DNA of 64,000 bases from a virus. Of the stretch, positions 57,412-64,000 are shown in pieces (position 1 is the stretch's first letter; the number at the start of each line of letters is the position of its first letter). The notes beneath the pieces are model-generated. The model did no database searches. It saw only the letters and a list, made by a program, of their open reading frames with translations, and had not been told where the DNA came from. A program made the position numbers and the translations under genes. Location: the IMG/VR virus record IMGVR_UViG_3300013093_000040, positions 6,519-70,518 of that record; one strand, written 5' to 3'.

Positions 57412-58173
57412 TTATTTATAATATATTTTATGGGTCTGAAGGAAATTGTAGTATTTACTTTTTGTTGTTTTTTGAGGAACTTTTCTAGAGTATTTATCTT
57501 TATTCAGAGTTTCGTGTATTACGCTACAATTGACGTTTAACTTTTTTGATAGTTGATAAGCAGATCCTGCCTCTATTTTTTCTCCGGTTTCAATATTTTC
57601 GCATATTACAGTTCCTTTACTTGCCCTGGATTCTTCTCCTATTTTACCTAACTTAGACTCTGTGGCTTTAATTGACTGTAATTTTTTAGTCTTTTCTGTT
57701 CTTTTAGTCCCTACGCTTTTATTGCTATTGATCCATCCTAAGCCCAAATATTGATCTAATTCTGAGGCCTCTATTTGTTTAAATTCCCCGGTACTTGGGT
57801 TTATAATTTGTTTTCTACCTTTGTGTTTTGCGGATATGTTTTTTCTGTGAGACGCTGACTTCTTTATTTTCCACAGGGGCATAAGAATCTCTCTGGCTTC
57901 TTTGTACTCTTGTTCCGTTAACGTCTTTGATCCGTCGTAGGACATTCTGTGAAAAGCCCAATAAACTTTATACGAGTATAACGAATGATCTTTGAAGCAT
58001 TCCACCAATATTTTGTGGACCCTGTAGTGTTCGTCTGCGGTTAGTAGTACTGTTGAACTCTTTTTGCCGAAAGATTTGGGTATTATGTGATGGGCTTCGT
58101 AGTAAGTTTCTCCGTCCTTTGATCTGCCTTCTTTGATGGCCTGTCTAATTATTTTGAAATAAGTTGCGAGCAT
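57412..58173 (-). mobile_element. HNH homing endonuclease
   Basis: YEAHHIIPKSFG and LTADEHYRVH motifs; NUMOD-like repeats. Confidence 0.88.
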
Positions 58174-58208
58174 AAAAAAACCTCTTTTATAATAAATATC
58201 AGAGGTTT
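58174..58208 (-). terminator. Terminator-like hairpin enclosing a promoter motif, abutting the HNH start codon
   Basis: AAACCTCT-GATATTTATTATAAA-AGAGGTTTTTTT-ATG. Confidence 0.65.
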
Positions 58209-58254
58209 CTTCTCGTTAATAATTTAATTCAAATATTTTAGTCAATAATTAAAT

Positions 58255-58740
58255 TTAGTAGTTGAGTTCACAAAAATCCATTCCGAGTGACAGCGTTAAC
58301 ATTGTGGGATCTGCTGTTGCCCAATCGTAAGAACCAAATCCTGCTTCTTTGATGAATGCACCTTTGATAACCCACTCGGAAACTATGTCCCCAACTGGAC
58401 CCAAAATTGATAAGCTACAGTCTTTCTTATAGAAGTCAGAATAGCCATCACGACCAGTTACTGATTCGTGGTGCAATCTCACCCATTCCATCACAGCTTG
58501 TTGGCCTGATGGAGATATTGGACTGTATAATTCTAAGGCGATGTCCTTCCACTCTGCTTTACCTTTTAACTTACGGTAAACGTTGATGTGTTCGATTTTG
58601 ATCTCACCTAAAGTAACGCCTGGAGCATCAGCTTTCTTGATCAGGTATGACGGAATTCCGTCTACGTAAAAAACGAATCGGTTCTGAACAATTGGTTCAA
58701 AACTCGTAAACATTATTTCATTGGGATCCAACACTGGCAT
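58255..58740 (-). CDS. Tail tube protein (gp19-like)
   Basis: FEP...NRF, QAVMEWVR..HESVTGRDGYSDFYKK and W..KGAF motifs. Confidence 0.9.
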   Translation of the reverse strand: MPVLDPNEIMFTSFEPIVQNRFVFYVDGIPSYLIKKADAPGVTLGEIKIEHINVYRKLKGKAEWKDIALELYSPISPSGQQAVMEWVRLHHESVTGRDGYSDFYKKDCSLSILGPVGDIVSEWVIKGAFIKEAGFGSYDWATADPTMLTLSLGMDFCELNY

Positions 58741-58786
58741 AAGCTGTTATAATTTAATTTGTTCTTTTGTATAAATACTGTGTCGG

Positions 58787-59500
58787 TTAAAATTTACTTA
58801 AGTGAGTGGGACTTTTTCCTATGTCTTGTTTAAAAATACCAAAAGCTTTCATCAAACCTTCGATTCCTTTTAAATTATTTTTCTTCATGATGGAAACGAT
58901 GGATTTTAACGCAGTTCCTGCGATTCCAAGACCAGCAGCGGCAGCGGGAATCCAAAAGTAACTTTCAGCGTCTTCTTTTAGTGCAGACGATTTAACCATC
59001 TTTTTTACCAATTTTTTATCTGCTGCTTCATCATCGTGTTTATTTTTACCGGCGGGTTTTTTCTCAAACATTTGAGAAATTTTGTGCTGCGCAATGTTTG
59101 GATTTAGTACTTTAGTTTCCGCTGCGTCTTGAGCAAAAGATCTATCCTCTTTTATTTTCTTTTTTTCCTCTACTTTCTTTTTTTTAGTTTCAGCAAGAGG
59201 TTTTTTAGAAGTTAATTTCATTTCGCTCTTCTTTACCTTAGCTTTTTCTGTGTAAGCATCATCCTTAACAAATGCCTTTCCCTTGTAAGCCCCTCCACCT
59301 TTTTTAGGTTCTATATCCTTGTGTTTTTTTGCAGGATTAGGAGATTTTACTTTTTTATCGTAATCGTCATCTTTTGCATATTTTTTACTCTTGTGGCCAT
59401 CTTTGGATTCTTTATCGCTCGCTTCTAGAAGCGCTTTTCTAAGTGCGGATTCGTACAGAGCTTTTGGGACTTTAATTCTTATTAATGTGCTATTTTTCAT
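58787..59500 (-). CDS. Lys-rich hypothetical protein, possibly an internal virion protein
   Basis: Highly charged, with repeated LxE/IxE motifs. Confidence 0.5.
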   Translation of the reverse strand: MKNSTLIRIKVPKALYESALRKALLEASDKESKDGHKSKKYAKDDDYDKKVKSPNPAKKHKDIEPKKGGGAYKGKAFVKDDAYTEKAKVKKSEMKLTSKKPLAETKKKKVEEKKKIKEDRSFAQDAAETKVLNPNIAQHKISQMFEKKPAGKNKHDDEAADKKLVKKMVKSSALKEDAESYFWIPAAAAGLGIAGTALKSIVSIMKKNNLKGIEGLMKAFGIFKQDIGKSPTHLSKF

Positions 59501-59526
59501 TTATTGATGTTTATCTTTCTTTTCAA

Positions 59527-61287
59527 TTATTGAGCAAAATTAACTCCAGTAGGTAATATGTTAAAATCAAGTTGTATAAATTCTGCCACTCTAGTTGGTT
59601 GCAAATAAATACTACCCACCATTATATTTCTGTCTATTTGATCCGGAGTATTGTTTGTGGTATCCATAATAACTTGAAATGCGTAAAGTCCCTGTCTCTG
59701 TTGAACAGATTCCAAATAAGGATTGACTTGAGTAAGGAATTTATTCCAAGTTACTTGAGTATTTGGTTCAAAAACTAAAGTTTGGCCTATTTGTTTGATG
59801 TACCTCTTAAGTGCAATTAATAATCTTCTAACGTTTACCCTATCAAGAGCAGAAGCCCTAGCTTGTAAAGTTTTTTGTCCGTAAACAACGGTACCAACTC
59901 CAGAAAATGTCGCAATTGGATTGACTTTTGCGGAATACAAACTATTCCTATCATTAATTGTCAATTTACGTTCAGGTTGCAAAGCAGTAGAAAGACCTCC
60001 TCTATTAAGACCGGCTGGTGCCCACCATTCTGCTGCAATTTTATCATTGTATTCGTATACTGCAGGAATTAATGCAGAAGGCGGAATAAAATTCATTCTT
60101 CCGGTTTCAGAAGATTTTATTTGTATCCAAGGCCAATAAGTGGTGCCATACGAATTATCAAAACTTGATGCAGCACTAGTTACAGTAGTTAATTGTTGAT
60201 TATATCCTACCAAATCTACAACGGAGATATTATCCCCTCTAGTGCTTGATAAAAGCAATAAATTGTTTATTTCAGTTGGAGCATTTTGATTAGTTATTCC
60301 GGGAGCGTATATTACATTGAAATCATATTGGTCTTGGTTATTCAACAAACTAATTGCTATATCGTAATCAGGACCGTACACTCCCTGTATATTTGTTGAA
60401 GGCGTAACGTACGCGGATGTTACTGTTGGAATATTTTCAAACATGTTCAAAGGAGCAATGCCGTAAGACCCCCAAAAAGGTCCACTTGCACCCCCAAAAC
60501 CACCGTTAAGCGATCCTGAACCTGATTGTGGAAGAGAAGCGGTAAATTGATTTTGAGGTAATCCCAATTGATTAAAGTAATTGGGAGTTGTATTAACTGA
60601 TGCTACGTATACGTATTTAGACTTATTTGCGTAACTTCCTGTATTCTGTAAATAATACGTACCGGTACTTGTATCCTGAGTAAGAGTTTGATACTGATCT
60701 CCTATTACATAGGAAACGTAATTAGTTTGATTTGGATCTAAAGAAAGATTTGTCCAACTTTCCAAAACAGTTTTACTATTTTCGTAATCATCTCCCCTTC
60801 TAATGTTCAAAGTAAAAGTTCCTGAACCTGTATTGTACTGTACAATTTCCCATCTAACGTTAGCAAAAGATCCTGAAGGAAGCGAGTTACCGGGTTGGGT
60901 ACCGCTTATTGCGTTATTCATCACTGTGCCCACCGATAAAGTGTTCAATTGAAACGCAGTTGAACCATTAAGCGCAGCTACACTAGCGGTTGCCACAGTG
61001 TAAGATCCAGACGCAACTCTAGTAATTAAAAGAGAACTACCACCCTGATTAAAATAATTTAAAGCAGCAATACTAGTTAAATATTCAAGAGTAAGACCTC
61101 CTGAAATGAAGGTTGAACCGAATATTTGTTTGAATTGGGAATACGAAGTTACTAAAGTTGGATTATTCACAGGACCCAACACAGTTGGACCCACTATTGC
61201 AGCTCCGGCCGCTATTGGGCCCTGTGTTATTTGACTTTGATCGTTTTCATTTAAAAAAACTCCTGGACTAATGAGTGTTTCAGCCAT
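59527..61287 (-). CDS. Contractile tail sheath protein
   Basis: SPGV...E.D, WWAPAGLNRG, GQKTL, DRVNVRRL, FEPN and PTRVAEFI motifs. Confidence 0.95.
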   Translation of the reverse strand: MAETLISPGVFLNENDQSQITQGPIAAGAAIVGPTVLGPVNNPTLVTSYSQFKQIFGSTFISGGLTLEYLTSIAALNYFNQGGSSLLITRVASGSYTVATASVAALNGSTAFQLNTLSVGTVMNNAISGTQPGNSLPSGSFANVRWEIVQYNTGSGTFTLNIRRGDDYENSKTVLESWTNLSLDPNQTNYVSYVIGDQYQTLTQDTSTGTYYLQNTGSYANKSKYVYVASVNTTPNYFNQLGLPQNQFTASLPQSGSGSLNGGFGGASGPFWGSYGIAPLNMFENIPTVTSAYVTPSTNIQGVYGPDYDIAISLLNNQDQYDFNVIYAPGITNQNAPTEINNLLLLSSTRGDNISVVDLVGYNQQLTTVTSAASSFDNSYGTTYWPWIQIKSSETGRMNFIPPSALIPAVYEYNDKIAAEWWAPAGLNRGGLSTALQPERKLTINDRNSLYSAKVNPIATFSGVGTVVYGQKTLQARASALDRVNVRRLLIALKRYIKQIGQTLVFEPNTQVTWNKFLTQVNPYLESVQQRQGLYAFQVIMDTTNNTPDQIDRNIMVGSIYLQPTRVAEFIQLDFNILPTGVNFAQ

Positions 61288-61339
61288 TTATCTTATTTTT
61301 TTAGCTACTAATAAATATCGGCCTATTGGTCAAAACTTC

Positions 61340-61585
61340 CTATTGGAATTCTCCCGTGTTAATATTTATGGAAACTGTTCCATAAATTTCTTTCAGATTT
61401 TTAAAAAAATCAATTTCTCTAACTTTAAGCTCTTTTATTTTAGCTTTAAATTCCTCTAATTGAAGTTCCATCAACATTTTTTGATAATTCAATTCTCCAA
61501 GAGCGGAAGCCACTGAAATTGCTTCCTGTTTTAGAGCTGTAAGTACTTCTAATTCCTGTTCTGTTATTTTTTTTACTTCTTCCAT
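61340..61585 (-). CDS. Small coiled-coil protein (tail-fibre chaperone-like)
   Basis: Heptad repeats and YG.VSINI.TGEF motif. Confidence 0.6.
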   Translation of the reverse strand: MEEVKKITEQELEVLTALKQEAISVASALGELNYQKMLMELQLEEFKAKIKELKVREIDFFKNLKEIYGTVSININTGEFQ

Positions 61586-61641
61586 GACATTTATTTATTA
61601 TAGATATAAATACGTAAATTCTAATTAAAAATTAAATTATT

Positions 61642-62688
61642 TTAATACCCTATTGATATATAATTCCAAACGTAAACTGCGGAAGCAGACAAACCTACGA
61701 CTCCTGAAATTATTGAGAAATTGGCCGCGCTACTAGAAACGTACGCACTGTAAGTGCTATCAAGTTTAGCACTCGCTGAGTTAGCTGCGGTGATTATGAC
61801 AGAAGATCCTGTGGGATACGCAGTAGAATATGTGGTGGTCACTATGGATGCAGACGCGTAAGGCGTTGTTCCCGTAGTCAAGGTTATTATTCCTGCGTTG
61901 TTAGATCCCGTAATTGAAACTTTACCAAGGTTACCGCCGCCGCTACCAGTTACAATGCTCAAAACTGAACCCGTAGTAATTATTTGACCAGTAAGCCTAA
62001 AAGAACCACTCAAGTCCAAAGAGTATTGAGGATTCGGTTGATTAATACCAACAAAACCATTCGCAGAACCGGTTAAGGGTTGTCCATTAATAGTTTTGTA
62101 AGATCCCGAACCGAATATAATACCGCCTATGTTAATACCATTTGCGTAACTTGATGATAAAGATATATTCGTTCCTATTATTATGTTATTGGGTCCCACG
62201 CTTCCAGTAGCATTACTGGTATAACCAGCTTGAAAACCAAAAAAATTAGAATACGATGCGCTTGCGGCGTACTCGCCTGCGTATTGTCCAAAGAAATTTG
62301 ACGCGGTTGCGTAAGTTGCGCCGTTACCTGCTGAAAAACCAAAAAAATTAGAGTTTGAAGAACTATAAGCATTAAAACCCGCCTGTTGGCCAAAAAAATT
62401 GGATTGGTACGCAGTAGACGCATTAGCTCCTGCATTCAATCCCATAAATACACTACTAGTTGTATTAATATTACTAGTTGCTGGATTCGTTGAGTATATT
62501 GTGCTTCCTGTGACTGATATTGGAGATAAAGAAACTGATGCTGTTCCGAATAAACTTCCTGTATAGCCTCCCAAAGCGGTAGAACTACCAGTAATTACTT
62601 CGTTTCCAATAATAAAAAGGGATCCAGAAATTAGATTATCTGACAAAGATATTATACCGTTTCTAGCAACAAATTGATTTATGGCCAT
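61642..62688 (-). CDS. Tail-fibre-like protein
   Basis: Repeated SNFFG..AG units; VGINQPNPQYSLDLSGS motif. Confidence 0.7.
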   Translation of the reverse strand: MAINQFVARNGIISLSDNLISGSLFIIGNEVITGSSTALGGYTGSLFGTASVSLSPISVTGSTIYSTNPATSNINTTSSVFMGLNAGANASTAYQSNFFGQQAGFNAYSSSNSNFFGFSAGNGATYATASNFFGQYAGEYAASASYSNFFGFQAGYTSNATGSVGPNNIIIGTNISLSSSYANGINIGGIIFGSGSYKTINGQPLTGSANGFVGINQPNPQYSLDLSGSFRLTGQIITTGSVLSIVTGSGGGNLGKVSITGSNNAGIITLTTGTTPYASASIVTTTYSTAYPTGSSVIITAANSASAKLDSTYSAYVSSSAANFSIISGVVGLSASAVYVWNYISIGY

Positions 62689-62744
62689 TTATAATGTACT
62701 TTGGTTCACTTTCCCCAAAGTTGGATTTTTATTTTAAATAAATA

Positions 62745-62921
62745 TCAATTAACAAATACGACTTTGTAAATTCTTCCTGTATTGTCAGACTCTTGCAAAA
62801 TTGAAGCTTGTTTGATAGCGTCACTTTCGTTATCATAATTGTATAAAGGATCATTTTGATTTAATTTGGTCACCCAAATCATTGAATTTCCAGGAATAAA
62901 TTGAAATTGAATTTGGTACAT
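62745..62921 (-). CDS. Small hypothetical protein (58 aa; not in the ORF track)
   Basis: MYQIQFQFIPGNSMIWV...GRIYKVVFVN fills the intergenic gap. Confidence 0.6.
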   Translation of the reverse strand: MYQIQFQFIPGNSMIWVTKLNQNDPLYNYDNESDAIKQASILQESDNTGRIYKVVFVN

Positions 62922-62931
62922 ATAATCAAAT

Positions 62932-64000
62932 TTAAATTAAGTTTGCGGTTGCTTTTATTGTCCATCCATTTATCGCATTGTAAAAATTTAATTGGACTTG
63001 ACCATTAACTATGCTAGCTGATGCACTTACATTGAGCGTAGTACCCACCACGTCTAAGGTTGAATACTCTGTATAACTAGATGTTCCATTATTCCATGCG
63101 GCCACTATACTTCCCGCTCTTGCATTAGATCCGCTGTATATAGTGTAGTTATAAAATGCGGCTGTAAATGATCCCGTGGAATTCGTAAATACATTAAATG
63201 GTGAAGTAACTCCATTATTTGTTACGTTAGCGTAATATATTTGAGAACCTCCAATTGAAAATCCTGTTGTTGTTGATGCGCTTGCATAAGATGCAGTAGA
63301 TGCATTCACTGAATAGGAAGCGGTAGCAGATAAATTAGCATAAGATGCAGTACCTAGTAATGATCCTGTAAAAGAACCGGTAAATGAACCCGTATTATAT
63401 GATCCTGTAAATGTATTGAAGCTAGATGTGGTTGTATAACCAATTGTATAAGAGGCCGTTTGAGCATTTTGAACGTAGCTAGCTGTTTGTGCTGTTATCA
63501 CATAAGATGCGGTAGCAGATAAATTAGCATAAGATGCAGTACCTAGTAATGATCCTGTAAAAGAAGCAGCATTTATAGTACCCGTAATTATAATGCTTCC
63601 AGTTATTAATACACTTTGACTTAATGAATTTACATAACTTGCTGTCTGGGCCAAAGTTGCTTCTGACGCACTCAGTGCGTAAGACGAACTGATTACACTT
63701 CCATTGTAATAAGATGCAGTGGCAGCTATAGCGGTATAAGAAGCAGTTAGAGCGTACGAAGAACTTATGGCAACACTCGATGTTGAAGCGTACGAAGAAG
63801 TCGTAGCGTAAGAAGACGATACACCTTGTGATGCGGTACCAAATAAAGATCCCGTATGCACTCCGTAGAAAGAACCTGTAAAAGATCCGGTACCAGAATA
63901 AGCAACACTAGAGCTATTAGCAAAAGACGAACTTATTGCAGAACTTGCAGTGTAAGCATAAGATGATGATATTGCACTTGAAGCTGTATAAGCATAAGAA
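62932..64000 (-). CDS. Tail-fibre-like repeat protein, 5' end outside the window
   Basis: ASYA, SSYA and GSFTGS repeats; frame open to the window edge. Confidence 0.7.
   Translation of the reverse strand, partial: SYAYTASSAISSSYAYTASSAISSSFANSSSVAYSGTGSFTGSFYGVHTGSLFGTASQGVSSSYATTSSYASTSSVAISSSYALTASYTAIAATASYYNGSVISSSYALSASEATLAQTASYVNSLSQSVLITGSIIITGTINAASFTGSLLGTASYANLSATASYVITAQTASYVQNAQTASYTIGYTTTSSFNTFTGSYNTGSFTGSFTGSLLGTASYANLSATASYSVNASTASYASASTTTGFSIGGSQIYYANVTNNGVTSPFNVFTNSTGSFTAAFYNYTIYSGSNARAGSIVAAWNNGTSSYTEYSTLDVVGTTLNVSASASIVNGQVQLNFYNAINGWTIKATANLI
63320..63565. repeat. 57-nt exact direct repeat (63320-63376 and 63509-63565)
   Basis: GCGGTAGCAGATAAATT...GTAAAAGAA occurs twice, in frame. 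Confidence 0.85.

Noticed and set aside
1646-62744. ATAAATA read as T4 late promoters driving plus-strand transcription
   Set aside because: No credible plus-strand genes follow them, and their position tracks minus-strand start codons.
62932-64000. CRISPR array or diversity-generating retroelement suggested by repeats
   Set aside because: The repeats are in-frame protein repeats. There is no repeat-spacer periodicity, no adenine-specific variation and no reverse transcriptase in the window.

Overview
A 64-kb segment of a large, AT-rich, contractile-tailed (myovirus-like) phage genome, with essentially all real genes on the minus strand. The host is probably Bacteroidota: TAnnTTTG promoter boxes, A-rich starts without Shine-Dalgarno sequences, and a Bacteroidota-like LPV..F secreted domain. 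From the right end the window holds tail fibre, sheath, tube, tape-measure and baseplate genes (45.7-64 kb). A replication module follows (29.8-45.7 kb): a PolA-like protein, SSB, RecA/UvsX, 5'-3' exonuclease, helicase, NrdAB and PolA. Next come a chaperone module (Hsp20, GroES, GroEL), a nucleotide/DNA-modification module, and a decaying accessory envelope/secreted-protein region. The left end carries a ~6-kb array of about 23 tRNA or tRNA-like genes. Main findings: (1) An unannotated 49-codon leader ORF uses all 20 amino acids in its first 33 codons and overlaps an antiterminator/terminator pair 9 nt upstream of the first tRNA, a candidate general translation-sensing attenuator for the tRNA array. 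(2) The DnaB/gp41 helicase is encoded in three pieces that need two different split inteins, one atypically split, and NrdA is also fractured by a split intein. (3) Several tRNAs are structurally aberrant, including a 143-nt tRNA-like RNA with a 74-nt variable arm. All calls come from manual reading of motifs; no database searches or folding programs were run.
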